From the IMG/VR virus record IMGVR_UViG_3300011560_000001, positions 64,001-128,000 of that record: a DNA stretch of 64,000 nt; one strand, given 5' to 3'. The notes below the pieces were generated by a model, which made no database searches, was not told the DNA's origin, and saw nothing but the letters and a program-made list of their open reading frames with translations. The stretch comes from a virus. Taxonomy: Duplodnaviria > Caudoviricetes. The position numbers and the translations under genes are program-made. This document shows, in pieces, positions 8,098 through 18,095 of this stretch (within the stretch, counting starts at the first letter, position 1; every line of letters starts with the position of its first letter).

Positions 8098-8523
8098 ATG
8101 AAAATTAAATGGCCTAAATCAGTCGCCGAAGAGTGTATCGGTGAGTATAGCTCATCGGTTACCGAGCATACGCGGTTACATCACACGTTATTGCTTTTAC
8201 GTGAAGACGCCAAACTCCGCAAACATATTCAACCGATATCAGCAACCTACTGTAAAACGTCATCGTACCTGTACTCTTCCCGGTTAACATTTGCTTGCAC
8301 TGCGTTAGGGAAAGTATTGCTAGAATCCGCATATCTTCGTAGTTGCGAGAACATGAAATTGACGGGTGGTATGGTACTCTCAATCGATGTGCTTTGTTTG
8401 GACGATGGAACACATAAACCCCAGCTTGTGTGGGAAGTATATGGATTGAACCCAGCCATGATTAAGACGAAGTTCGACTGGATTACTGACGGTCTTAATG
8501 AGATTCTGAAAGAAGGAATTTGA
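8098..8523 (+). CDS. Hypothetical protein, paralog array member 2
   Basis: SD GAGG; MKIKWPKSVA / LHHTLLLL / LTFACTALGKVLLE. Confidence 0.7.
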   Translation: MKIKWPKSVAEECIGEYSSSVTEHTRLHHTLLLLREDAKLRKHIQPISATYCKTSSYLYSSRLTFACTALGKVLLESAYLRSCENMKLTGGMVLSIDVLCLDDGTHKPQLVWEVYGLNPAMIKTKFDWITDGLNEILKEGI

Positions 8524-8524
8524 T

Positions 8525-8887
8525 ATGCAACAACGTATCGGTTTATCGTTAGCTATTGACCGACTGATCAAAGTCTCATCGTTGCGAAGTGAATTTGTTG
8601 GCGTCCGTGAAGAAGCTGCGAATAATCGCTTTATTTTAACGTTTACGTGTACCAAGAAAGGCGTGACGGTTATCCGTGATGTTTGGAGTGCTGTGAACAA
8701 ACGCGAGGCCCGTTGTTCTACATCTGTCGTTGATTACAAAAACCTGGATAATACGTACACTATCCGTTTAGAATGGGAGCATCGCCTCAGGACATTTGTT
8801 GAAGTTCGGTCGAAGCTGTTAGCTGAATTGTTGAACGAAGCCTGTCTACGTGACGAGAACGCTACAGAACTCTTCAGAACGCTTTAA
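8525..8887 (+). CDS. Hypothetical protein, paralog array member 3
   Basis: Translationally coupled; LSLAIDRL / LTFTCTKKGVTVIR. Confidence 0.7.
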   Translation: MQQRIGLSLAIDRLIKVSSLRSEFVGVREEAANNRFILTFTCTKKGVTVIRDVWSAVNKREARCSTSVVDYKNLDNTYTIRLEWEHRLRTFVEVRSKLLAELLNEACLRDENATELFRTL

Positions 8888-8992
8888 TTCAATCTTAGAT
8901 AAGGAAACCCCTTAGAAATTAAAACAAACTGTTATACGTCGTTCTGTGACGTTTAAGCTATACATTGAACTCATTGTAATCGAGGAAAGAAA

Positions 8993-9382
8993 ATGTTAAA
9001 TTCAACTTTTACCCACTATCTCCACACCTATGCAAAATTATGCTGTGTTGATATGGAAGAGCTGGCGAACGATAATAGTGTTCGCGATTGTGAGATGCTC
9101 CCTAAGCGACAAGGTTTTCTACCTGGTTCGCGGTCAGCGGCGTTCTTCTTAATCGCTTACTTCATCGTTAGTCATAGTGCGGCGCTGTTGAGCCAAACCA
9201 AGAAACAGCGAAAGGATTACGCTACCGCAATCACTCAAGTCTATTTCGATCGTCTTCACGGACGTGCGGTGAGTATCGATACCGCGTTAACGACCGCGTT
9301 TCGTCATCGAGGCGCAACCGCTGTACAGATACCCGCTTTGGTTAAGATCGGAAAAGAAATCATCCAGAATGCAACGCGTTAA
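8993..9382 (+). CDS. Hypothetical protein
   Basis: 129-aa ORF with SD GAGG, followed by terminator. Confidence 0.65.
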   Translation: MLNSTFTHYLHTYAKLCCVDMEELANDNSVRDCEMLPKRQGFLPGSRSAAFFLIAYFIVSHSAALLSQTKKQRKDYATAITQVYFDRLHGRAVSIDTALTTAFRHRGATAVQIPALVKIGKEIIQNATR

Positions 9383-9397
9383 TAAATAAACTATAAT

Positions 9398-9432
9398 CCT
9401 CCTTCCCCGGCCTTGACGGCTAGGGAAGGAGG
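9398..9432. terminator. Bidirectional terminator, family B
   Basis: CCTCCTTCCC...GGGAAGGAGG between convergent genes; 29-nt core differs by one base from the reverse complement of the hairpin at 57146-57182. Confidence 0.75.
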
Positions 9433-9461
9433 TTGTATTGCATTTCTTTTTTTTCTTCTGT

Positions 9462-10550
9462 TTATTGGAACGGGTCTGTACGACCGCTACCACGATCTAC
9501 ACCACCGTGATCGTGGGTGTATACGTTTGTTCCGGTTGGTGAACGCCAAGAGCCTGCGATGTGTACGAAGTTCCCATTCAACGTCATCGTGTTTCCGTCT
9601 TCACCTGTGAAGCTTACAGCTCCAGTGAATACCGTATTCGGACATTTAAACGTGGTCTGTCCTGATACTTGCGCGGTGTAGCGATCACACTTCAAAGAAA
9701 CATTCTGACTCGTAACGCTTTCTGTTTTGCTGGTACGTTCAAAGTTCTCACATTCGGTATAAATGTTTTTTGCTTTCATTCGGATATCGTTCTTAGCGAT
9801 TGCTTTGAGCGTATCCTCGCACTGGAATGTGATGTTCTTTTTTGTCACGTCGATAATGCTGTCGTCCTGGTTTTGGTATCGCAGCATATGCTCGACAAAA
9901 TGGAGCAATAGTAGGTTTTGATGGACGCTGTCCGCAACCTGTAAGTAACCCTCGTCCAGATTAAGTTCCATGTAGACTTGGGTAACTTCACCAAGCTGTG
10001 CGCTTGTACCGATAACCGCTTTCTTAAGAAAGGTATCAACCATTAGGTAATAGCAGTCTTCCGTTGAAATCGATTTACGGTCCTTCTTAGCGCTAGGACG
10101 TGCGCTGACGGTGAGGATAACCGATTCCATGGTCATCAGCTCACTATCCCCTCCTTTGGGCTGCCAATAGAGTTGTTCTTCATCAGCAGTACGCCAGACC
10201 ACCACACGCTGACCTTTCCTCAAGTTAGGTGCCGTCATCCGGTTGCTACCAAAGGGTAACCAGTAACACTGTACGCTGGTTGTTGTTGCCGCTTTTGCCG
10301 TATAGCTGTTCCCTTGAGCGTCTGTTGCACTAACTTCTTTAACGCTTCCCGCCGCTTCAACTTTCCCATCAGCGCCTGACATCATCTCATCAAGAAAGAC
10401 CTCCAGCGCCTGGTTAGGATCTTCCTCCAGACTTTTATTGGAAAAGTCGGCCGCAACGGTACCCAAGGCAAAGATACGAAAAACGCTTACGTTGCTGTCT
10501 GGAGCTAACTGACTCCCTTTTGTGTGATTGTCTGTTGCCAGGTCGCTCAT
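9462..10550 (-). CDS. Baseplate central spike protein (gpV/phiKZ gp164-like)
   Basis: N-terminal WLPFGSNRMTAPNLRKGQRVVVW OB-fold-type motif, beta-helix-like repeats, C-terminal HxH metal motif THDHGG. Confidence 0.75.
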   Translation of the reverse strand: MSDLATDNHTKGSQLAPDSNVSVFRIFALGTVAADFSNKSLEEDPNQALEVFLDEMMSGADGKVEAAGSVKEVSATDAQGNSYTAKAATTTSVQCYWLPFGSNRMTAPNLRKGQRVVVWRTADEEQLYWQPKGGDSELMTMESVILTVSARPSAKKDRKSISTEDCYYLMVDTFLKKAVIGTSAQLGEVTQVYMELNLDEGYLQVADSVHQNLLLLHFVEHMLRYQNQDDSIIDVTKKNITFQCEDTLKAIAKNDIRMKAKNIYTECENFERTSKTESVTSQNVSLKCDRYTAQVSGQTTFKCPNTVFTGAVSFTGEDGNTMTLNGNFVHIAGSWRSPTGTNVYTHDHGGVDRGSGRTDPFQ

Positions 10551-10664
10551 GCTGTAATCTCCTACTGATTTAAATAACGATATAGAAAATAACGCTGAAG
10601 TATGGCTTCAGCTTCGCATTCTGAACCCGTGGTTCAGAAGGTATCGAAGAAGGATTATCATAGC

Positions 10665-13121
10665 ATGCGATGTACCTATCTCCACTTACGTGGATTCAAT
10701 CGTTTTGATACCGGGATGATTCGGGAGCTGGTCATCCGGCCAGATAATCCCGTACAACTCATTTTAGGCAGTAACGGTTCGGGTAAGAGTAGTCTACTGC
10801 CTTTGCTGTATCCAACCGTTCCCGAGCGCGCCGATTTTGATAAAGATGGGTATTACGAGTACCGCTGCGAACACCGTAATAAGCAATACCGTCTTATCAG
10901 TCGTTTAGAAAAAGGGTTTAAGCATGAGTTCTACGTTAACGACAGTGAGAACCTGAACGGTGGTGGTACACAACCAGCCCAGTGGAAACTGATCGAAGAA
11001 CATTTCGAACTTAATGACGACACCATTCGTTTGTTGTTAGGTTACGAAACAGCTTACCAGTTCACCGAAATGGGACCGATGAAACGACGCGAACGATTAA
11101 CACAGATATGTCCGGTTAACGTCGATTATGCGCTTGAGTTGTTTCAGGTGGTTAAGCAACAAGTACGTTCACTGAAAGCGGTGAATGAGCATACACTGAA
11201 TAAGTTGGTTGAAACGTCACAGCGAATTGAAGCGAAATACACTGGAACCGACCACCAGGGATTGGAAGCAGAGTTAAAGCAGCAACGCTCAGCGCTCGAA
11301 GCGATGATGGGATTGCCGTTATTCGATAGTGATGTCGATCAACGACAGCTTCTGGAATCCGCACAACGTGCCCATCATTTTAATCGCGAGCTTCTTCGTG
11401 CGGTTGTTCGTTACCAAGGAGGAACATCGCAACAAGAACAGCGGAATCTGGCTGAACTAAGAGAGCAACTCGCGAATGCGAATGCGAAACTCGAAAGTCA
11501 GGTTGACGAGCTGTTGGGTATCGATAATATCCTTGACCAGTTGAAACAGTCTGGAGAAGGCGATATCGATCAGATTAAAGCCCGTCTTGCCTGTTTGGAC
11601 GAACAACTTCAGCACGATCATCCAGGTGAGCTTTTAACGATGAATCTGGACGCTGCGGTTTGTTTACAACAGCTCACGCAAGTTCAGGCTCCGTTAACAG
11701 AACTGTTGCAAGAATGGATTGATACCGACAACACCTATCATGTTTACGATGCTGAAGCTTACATCAAGGAGGAAGAGGCGGCACGAATGCGTTTGCGTAA
11801 CGCGAAACATGCGTTAGCTGACTTGGAAGCGCATCTTGACCACCTTAACCATCAACCCCAGACCAGCTGTCCAAAATGCAATTATCGCTTTCATGTTGGT
11901 GAGACAGAAAAGACCAGCAAAGCGAGCATTGAACAACGTATTCAGAAGGGTCGCGCTTGGGTTGAAGAACAGGAGAAATCGTTATCCGAACTTAATGAGA
12001 AGGTGCAGCGTTATACGCTTTGGATGGAACAGCATCGTCAGTTAACGCGTTGGACGAAAGATTATTACGCTATTAAACCCATGTGGGATAATCTGCTGGA
12101 AGAAGGCCGCAAAAACGGTTTAGGATTCCGCAGTATTGGCATCATTAACGACTGGTTGCTTGCATTCGAGAAACTCGCGCGTTATACACATGCCGAGCAA
12201 GAACGTAAACATCTTCAAGATATGCTCGAACGCGTACAAGCGGTGGATGTTGAACCATTACAGCAACGTCGAGAACTGCTTTATAAGAACAGGACAGAGT
12301 TGTTAACAACCGTTGAACGGTTAACACAAGCCATCACGGCTACGGAAGGTAGATTGGAAACCATTACGGCGATTATGGAAGATCAGGTACGTTCTGATAG
12401 TAGCGATAAAGCGTTAACGCAACTGTGGTTAGAGTATCTACAGCATCTTTACACGAAATCACTACGTGCTGCGATGTCTGATACTGTTCGCCGAATAAGT
12501 CATGTTGAACAGCAGTTACAGGAAGCTAAAACCGACCAGCAGCTTCTGGCTCAGTTGGAAATAACGCAAAAAGAGGTGGAAGAACAGCTCAGTTACGCAC
12601 AACTTGTTTTGGATGAGTTGAGTCCATCCAACGGATTGATTGCCGAAACAATTGCTGGCCCAATCAACGCATTCGTTGAATACATGAACGGTATCATTGC
12701 GAGTATTTGGGAATACCAACTTCAGATACTCCCGTGTGCTATCGACGCGCAAGGATTGAACTATCGTTTTCCGCTTTTAACTGAGAAGTATCCGACACCG
12801 CGAAAAGATATTGTTTATGGGAGTAAGGGACAAAAGGAAATTATCAATATCGCGTTTATCATCGCGATGATGCATTACAAAGGGTTTACGGATTATCCGT
12901 TGATGTTAGATGAATTCGCATCAACATTTGATCCTCAGCACCAATCTAATGCCATGGATTTTGTTCGTCGTTTAGTCGATGGTCACCGTGTAAGCCAAGT
13001 GTGGTTCATCAGCCACTATGTTATCAATCACGCATCATTCCGTAAAGCCGAGTGTATGGTTCTCGACAAAACGAACATCATTCTCCCCGAAACGTATAAC
13101 GAACATGTCACGATTATTTAA
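10665..13121 (+). CDS. sbcC: SbcC/Rad50-like SMC ATPase
   Basis: Walker A GSNGSGKSS, long coiled coil, CPKC zinc hook, signature GSKGQ, Walker B LMLDE, H-loop ISH; start at 10665 preferred (SD AAGGA). Confidence 0.9.
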   Translation: MRCTYLHLRGFNRFDTGMIRELVIRPDNPVQLILGSNGSGKSSLLPLLYPTVPERADFDKDGYYEYRCEHRNKQYRLISRLEKGFKHEFYVNDSENLNGGGTQPAQWKLIEEHFELNDDTIRLLLGYETAYQFTEMGPMKRRERLTQICPVNVDYALELFQVVKQQVRSLKAVNEHTLNKLVETSQRIEAKYTGTDHQGLEAELKQQRSALEAMMGLPLFDSDVDQRQLLESAQRAHHFNRELLRAVVRYQGGTSQQEQRNLAELREQLANANAKLESQVDELLGIDNILDQLKQSGEGDIDQIKARLACLDEQLQHDHPGELLTMNLDAAVCLQQLTQVQAPLTELLQEWIDTDNTYHVYDAEAYIKEEEAARMRLRNAKHALADLEAHLDHLNHQPQTSCPKCNYRFHVGETEKTSKASIEQRIQKGRAWVEEQEKSLSELNEKVQRYTLWMEQHRQLTRWTKDYYAIKPMWDNLLEEGRKNGLGFRSIGIINDWLLAFEKLARYTHAEQERKHLQDMLERVQAVDVEPLQQRRELLYKNRTELLTTVERLTQAITATEGRLETITAIMEDQVRSDSSDKALTQLWLEYLQHLYTKSLRAAMSDTVRRISHVEQQLQEAKTDQQLLAQLEITQKEVEEQLSYAQLVLDELSPSNGLIAETIAGPINAFVEYMNGIIASIWEYQLQILPCAIDAQGLNYRFPLLTEKYPTPRKDIVYGSKGQKEIINIAFIIAMMHYKGFTDYPLMLDEFASTFDPQHQSNAMDFVRRLVDGHRVSQVWFISHYVINHASFRKAECMVLDKTNIILPETYNEHVTII

Positions 13122-13139
13122 GATAAATAAGGATTTCTG

Positions 13140-13955
13140 TTGATGAAAAAGCCCATGAAGAAGCTAGGCCACGCACGCAAGCATCGCTATTCCGATCTGG
13201 AGAAAATGTTTTTAACCCAACAGCCGTTTCTCCAGACATACTTTAACGGGATGGCAAAGAAGTTAGCCGATGAGTACCAGGAGCGTGGTACACCAGCACG
13301 AATTACAATCACCGTAATTCCGACGTTCGCTGAAAAGATCTATAACGTCATGACGGAGATTATTCCCGAAGACGCAAAATCCCAGGATGAAGTTCTGCGA
13401 TTAACACGTTACATCCGTTTTAAAGAACATCTGGACGCACAAGCGACCATCATTCTGGAAAACGATAAACCCGAACCCAACGTTGAGCTTATTGCTTCCC
13501 TCCTTCCTGACCGCCTATTACACGATTTTGTTACCGTGAAACGTATCGACGAACAAGGAAAAGAAGTTGAGGTTCAACTACGCCAAGAAACCGTGGTCGC
13601 TTTGGATTGGATTGAAGACCGTTGTAAAGCGCTGAGCAAGCTTCTGGATGATGAAGGGACGAATGCTCGTGTTGCCATCGATTTCGGTCATGAACCGGAT
13701 GACGCGGTAACCATGATGCGCGTGCTGTACGATCCCAAGGTTAATGATCATGCGATCATCGTTAAGCGCGAAGGCGTTAAAGGCGAAGTTACCCTGGTTA
13801 AAGACCTGGGTCCCATTCATGCGGTGGGTTTAACCGAGGACCAAACGCCGTTTGAAAAGCTTTCGGTGTATGAGCAAGCCGAAGTTGAACGCTTCCTGGA
13901 AGGTGTTGTTGCGAAAACCTTCCCATGGTCGGTGGAGGCTGTTGTAACGCCATGA
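13140..13955 (+). CDS. Hypothetical protein
   Basis: 271-aa ORF in operon; stop overlaps ruvC start (ATGA). Confidence 0.7.
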   Translation: MMKKPMKKLGHARKHRYSDLEKMFLTQQPFLQTYFNGMAKKLADEYQERGTPARITITVIPTFAEKIYNVMTEIIPEDAKSQDEVLRLTRYIRFKEHLDAQATIILENDKPEPNVELIASLLPDRLLHDFVTVKRIDEQGKEVEVQLRQETVVALDWIEDRCKALSKLLDDEGTNARVAIDFGHEPDDAVTMMRVLYDPKVNDHAIIVKREGVKGEVTLVKDLGPIHAVGLTEDQTPFEKLSVYEQAEVERFLEGVVAKTFPWSVEAVVTP

Positions 13956-14566
13956 TTCCACCAGAATACGCTTACGATATTCTGGCAATCGACCCCGGCA
14001 CCGATACGCTCGGTGCGTCGTTACTGCGTTTGGACGTGCGTGTCGAAGATATCGAACTGCTGTATGCGGGGACATGGCACGCCTCACGCCGATATGATCC
14101 TGATGGCGATATTGCTCTTGGATACGGTAACCGTGCCGCACGTATCCAAGAACACCGTCGTTCGCTGACGTCGTTATTGCAAGAGTACCAACCGCAAGCG
14201 GTCGCTTGTGAAACACCGTTTATCGGTCGTTTCAAGCAAAGCGGTATGGCGCTCAGCGAGCTGTTTTCAGCGATTCAGACAACGGTTATCGATTTTGACC
14301 CTACGGTGTCTTTCTTAGGGGTTGATAACCGAAGCGCAAAACGCGCCGTTGGGATCATGACGTCCCGTGTTGGTAAGGACGATGTTCGCCAGAAAGTGTT
14401 GAACCTCATGAACATCACACCCAGAAACGGTGTTGTGTTAGCGAATCTTGATGAGCATGCGATAGACAGTATCGCCGTAGGTTATTTCGCAGCTGAACTC
14501 CTGTTCGAAGAATGGCGTATTCTTGATGACCATCGAAATGGGAAGGTCGGTACAAAACGCCGTTAG
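13952..14566 (+). CDS. ruvC: RuvC-like Holliday junction resolvase
   Basis: ILAIDPG, VACE and HAIDSIAVG catalytic motifs; ATGA overlap fixes the start. Confidence 0.88.
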   Translation: MIPPEYAYDILAIDPGTDTLGASLLRLDVRVEDIELLYAGTWHASRRYDPDGDIALGYGNRAARIQEHRRSLTSLLQEYQPQAVACETPFIGRFKQSGMALSELFSAIQTTVIDFDPTVSFLGVDNRSAKRAVGIMTSRVGKDDVRQKVLNLMNITPRNGVVLANLDEHAIDSIAVGYFAAELLFEEWRILDDHRNGKVGTKRR

Positions 14567-14598
14567 CAGCATGTACAAAACCCAAGAAGGAAAACGTT

Positions 14599-15780
14599 AT
14601 GAATACTGTTGAATGGGGCCTAGTTGATCAATGCCCTCAAGTCCCGGTTATCTGTGGTACAGAGAAATACGGCGAAGATCGTTTTATCGTACCGTTGGTC
14701 AGTACGACGACAAAATATCCGGTTAGTGAAGATGCATTAACCGGTCTGTTGGCACATCTTAACGACGGTAAGGTGCCCGTCATTAGCAGTAAAATCGTAG
14801 CGGTGCTCGATGGCGCTGAAGTGTGCTTCCCGATTCGTGACGTGAATGATATCGTCGGTCGCGTTCTAACGGGATGGTTGGAAGACGATGGTGTGGTAAA
14901 AGCCTTGATTCATATTGACCGCGATACTCCTAATGCGGAACGTGTGAGACAAGCATTGAATTCGGATGCTACACGTTTGCAGATCACTGTCATGGACGTT
15001 GGTGCTGAAAACAAGTATATAGTTGAATACTTCGTTCCCGTGGTATCCATCGAACCTTTTGACCGCATTGCTGAGCAACCTGAACCTACCGCAGATAAAA
15101 TAGTGACGCCAGCGGTAATGCGAAGTATCACTGCAGACAACTCGGTATTGAACAATGAATCTATCATCCTACGTGGTATTGTTCCTACTGGATACAACGG
15201 TGAAGCATTATTAGTCAGAATTCCGGAACTTAATAACCGTCGTGTGTTTATTGGATGTGTTGGGTATGAAGTTCTGTACTTCGACGCCGAAGGTCGTGCT
15301 GTGATTGCGACAAAATCAAAGTTATTTAACCAGCATAAAGCGCAAGCGTCCGCAACCCAACCGTACCGGCTGGTGTATTCCGAATATAAAGTAACGATCT
15401 GGTTCGTGAACGGCAACGATACCCTTAATAGTGCTTTTCCAGAGAAAACATTTAAACCGGTGACGTTAATAGAAATGTTCGGCGGTGAGGTATGCTTAGC
15501 TAATTGCGCTAACGGTCAGTTCTGTCTACCCTCCTGTTGCGGGTTCAAGACGGATGACACCGTTACCGTAAACGATACGCGTGTACATTTAGTAAGAATT
15601 GATGTTAGCTCTGGTTTTGCGGTATTTGAAGCTTTCGGTGAGATTCTTGAAAATCTTAAAGAGGCTTGTAAGATCTCAGAACCATTCGGTGATGAACGCA
15701 GCCTTATCATCGTTAAACGTACCGATGTCGATCGGGTCGAGATTACAGTATCGCAGCCGATAACGGCGAAAACGAAGTAG
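14599..15780 (+). CDS. Hypothetical protein
   Basis: 393-aa ORF with SD AAGGA. Confidence 0.7.
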   Translation: MNTVEWGLVDQCPQVPVICGTEKYGEDRFIVPLVSTTTKYPVSEDALTGLLAHLNDGKVPVISSKIVAVLDGAEVCFPIRDVNDIVGRVLTGWLEDDGVVKALIHIDRDTPNAERVRQALNSDATRLQITVMDVGAENKYIVEYFVPVVSIEPFDRIAEQPEPTADKIVTPAVMRSITADNSVLNNESIILRGIVPTGYNGEALLVRIPELNNRRVFIGCVGYEVLYFDAEGRAVIATKSKLFNQHKAQASATQPYRLVYSEYKVTIWFVNGNDTLNSAFPEKTFKPVTLIEMFGGEVCLANCANGQFCLPSCCGFKTDDTVTVNDTRVHLVRIDVSSGFAVFEAFGEILENLKEACKISEPFGDERSLIIVKRTDVDRVEITVSQPITAKTK

Positions 15781-15796
15781 TTAATTGGAGCGGGGA

Positions 15797-16426
15797 ATGT
15801 CTCGTAATAAATATATCGTTATTGAAGGCCTGGATTATTCAGGAAAGAGTTCGGTTATCTCGTCTTTACACAGTCGTTTAAACAATGTCTGTGTCGTACG
15901 TGAGCCTGGTGGCACGCTCTACGGAGAAGCCATTCGTAAACTTATCCTGGAAGATCAGACGCCAACGAACAGATTCGATCCAGAAACTGAACTATTGGCG
16001 ATGATGTCACAACGTAATCATCTCTTCAACAAGGTGATTCATCCAGCCCTTAACGAAGGGAAGACCGTGCTTAGCGATCGTTCGATTGCTTCGACGTATG
16101 TTTATCAGGTTAATGATGCCAACGTTAAGTTGTTTGACGCATTGTTGCCGAACCTACCGTCGATTATCATGCCGTCTTACTACGTTTATCTGGATATTGA
16201 CTATCCTACGTATTTAAGGCGGTTCCGTGTTCGACACGCTAAACATCAGATGTTTGATAACATCGATGAAGCGACATTCAATGAACGACGTTATCGTTAC
16301 ATGGATTTTATGGACTATCTCGGCGACGCGAAAACGTTGTGTATAGACACCAGTAACACACATTCTCCTGTTGATGTCGCTAATCGTGTTTACGACAATT
16401 TGTTGAACGCGGGATTTGTTGAATAA
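15797..16426 (+). CDS. tmk: Thymidylate kinase
   Basis: IVIEGLDYSGKSS P-loop, REPGGT and SDRS...YQ motifs. Confidence 0.93.
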   Translation: MSRNKYIVIEGLDYSGKSSVISSLHSRLNNVCVVREPGGTLYGEAIRKLILEDQTPTNRFDPETELLAMMSQRNHLFNKVIHPALNEGKTVLSDRSIASTYVYQVNDANVKLFDALLPNLPSIIMPSYYVYLDIDYPTYLRRFRVRHAKHQMFDNIDEATFNERRYRYMDFMDYLGDAKTLCIDTSNTHSPVDVANRVYDNLLNAGFVE

Positions 16427-16443
16427 CATTTAACGGCATATTT

Positions 16444-16475
16444 CATCCTCCCTTCCCTTACGGGTTGGGAGGATG
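16444..16475. terminator. Bidirectional terminator, family A
   Basis: CATCCTCCC-TT-CCC-TTAC-GGG-TT-GGGAGGATG then TTTTTATG, between convergent genes. Confidence 0.75.
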
Positions 16476-16479
16476 GTTT

Positions 16480-16788
16480 TTATGCGCTTTCTACTTCAAC
16501 AATAAAACGACGGATCTCACCATCGGAGGCTTTCAATGTTTGCGTGTAGGTGAATTTTCCGATCCCTGATGGTAGCAACACATGATCGGTATTTTCTGTA
16601 TCGTGTTGGAAATCTTTATCGGAATCAAGATCGATACTGTTTAAGGCGTTACGTATACGTGGCATCAGTTGGTAAAAATCACCGAGATCACGTAATCCCG
16701 GAATGGGTTCTAATACGATCTTGGTTTCAGTACCAACACCATTCATGACAGGCGTTGTTGAAGTAAACTCAACATTCAAATTGCTCAT
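16480..16788 (-). CDS. Hypothetical protein
   Basis: Start reassigned to MSNLNVEF at 16788 (SD AAGG); the upstream extension is occupied by a structured element. Confidence 0.6.
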   Translation of the reverse strand: MSNLNVEFTSTTPVMNGVGTETKIVLEPIPGLRDLGDFYQLMPRIRNALNSIDLDSDKDFQHDTENTDHVLLPSGIGKFTYTQTLKASDGEIRRFIVEVESA

Positions 16789-16821
16789 GTTTATAACCTT
16801 TTGTTTTGTAGATGATAAATA

Positions 16822-16891
16822 GTCGCGCATAGGTGTTGGCCCTCGTGAAGACGGGGGCCTCGACGATTTCTCGTCATACACTAATGCAGAC
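16822..16891 (-). ncRNA. Candidate structured RNA (three-way junction) in the 5' leader
   Basis: On the minus strand GACGA-GAAA-UCGUC and GGCCCCCGU-CUUC-ACGAGGGCC hairpins are enclosed by GCAU..GUGU/ACAC..AUGC pairing. Confidence 0.4.
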
Positions 16892-16898
16892 ATTGTTT

Positions 16899-17015
16899 TC
16901 AGCGTAATACATTATGCGTATTACGCCTTTCTTCAGTCATGATAGCAACAGCGTGTTTAACAGAGAATGCGCATATACCCGCCAGCAATGCTCTCTCCAT
17001 TAGAATGAGTAACAT
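16899..17015 (-). CDS. Small hydrophobic peptide (38 aa), absent from the ORF track
   Basis: MLLILMERALLAGICAFSVKHAVAIMTEERRNTHNVLR preceded by AAAGGAGGGAG. Confidence 0.5.
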   Translation of the reverse strand: MLLILMERALLAGICAFSVKHAVAIMTEERRNTHNVLR

Positions 17016-17094
17016 AATCATCTCCCTCCTTTGTGTTATATTCACACCATTTTCCTATTTTGTTAATTCTTATTCCTGATATTTAACAGCATAA

Positions 17095-17118
17095 AAGCCT
17101 GCCCCGAAGGACAGGCTT
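17095..17118 (-). terminator. Terminator hairpin
   Basis: Minus strand AAGCCTGTCC-TTCG-GGGCAGGCTT followed by TTATG. Confidence 0.75.
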
Positions 17119-17123
17119 GATGA

Positions 17124-17945
17124 TTAATAACGACGTAAGCTATCTACGGTATTGCCATAGCAGTCAGTAATGTACACACTTTCATTGGGATAAATGAAAA
17201 TGAAACACGTGGTGTGCGTTGTTGTCGATGTATAATCGTCTACAACAGTGGGTTCGGTATAACGTAGAACACCAATCGCTTGACTTAAACGGTGATTATT
17301 TTCATCGTTTGTCATAGCGTAATGCTCATCACAACCATCGGATTTAACGACGAGGGTATGGTGTATTGCCCGAACCCCAGTAGGTTCTTGTTCTTTTAAT
17401 GGACCATCCAATTCGATATCATAACCACCATCGATGGTGGGTGTCGCTGTAGCAAGAACCGATCCGTATTTCTTTATCTGGCAGTTTAAGCGGGTGTTGA
17501 TCTTCGTATTCGGATCGACGCCGTTAAAAAGTACTTGATACGTTAACTTGGCGAATTCGGGATGAACATCTTTACCGAGCTGTTTGTTCAGGGCGGCAAG
17601 GTATTGTTCAAAAGTGTTCTCTGGATTAAACACGTAAACGTCATTAAAATCAACTAAAACGTTTGATAGAATTTCTGCGTTTTCGCGCACGACAATGGTC
17701 GTGAGGCTGATTTCCTGTTTTCTTGCATCCCGAACGAAGTGTCTAACAGCATCACCTAATAACTCTGCCCACGTGATACCATTGATACAGTCATCGGACG
17801 TCAGTGTTCTCACGGCTTTATTTTTAGCGTATTCGATAGCTTCTTTGAATACGGTACTGTTCCGATTACCCAGAACAGGATCGGTCAGATACATTGGTTG
17901 GCTATTGCCATTAGTAAACAACTTACAAACAAATACTTTTTCCAT
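17124..17945 (-). CDS. Hypothetical protein
   Basis: 273-aa ORF, SD AGGA, followed by terminator. Confidence 0.7.
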   Translation of the reverse strand: MEKVFVCKLFTNGNSQPMYLTDPVLGNRNSTVFKEAIEYAKNKAVRTLTSDDCINGITWAELLGDAVRHFVRDARKQEISLTTIVVRENAEILSNVLVDFNDVYVFNPENTFEQYLAALNKQLGKDVHPEFAKLTYQVLFNGVDPNTKINTRLNCQIKKYGSVLATATPTIDGGYDIELDGPLKEQEPTGVRAIHHTLVVKSDGCDEHYAMTNDENNHRLSQAIGVLRYTEPTVVDDYTSTTTHTTCFIFIYPNESVYITDCYGNTVDSLRRY

Positions 17946-18053
17946 GATAGGTTCCTGTTTCGTAGATGATGATTTCGAAGATGATTGGTTTAGGCTAAAA
18001 GCCTATAAAATTAGCTGCGGTTGCGGTATTTAACTTAATCCAACATTTTTCAC

Positions 18054-18072
18054 GGCTATATTACTTAAGTGA
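18054..18072 (+). promoter_or_regulatory. phiKZ-type early promoter
   Basis: GGCTATATTAC-TTAAG-TG. Confidence 0.75.
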
Positions 18073-18095
18073 AGTAAGCCAGCGAGATTTCATTC

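Noticed and set aside
16822-16891. Hammerhead ribozyme interpretation of the three-way junction
   Set aside because: No CUGANGA core in the junction; the GAAA is a terminal loop
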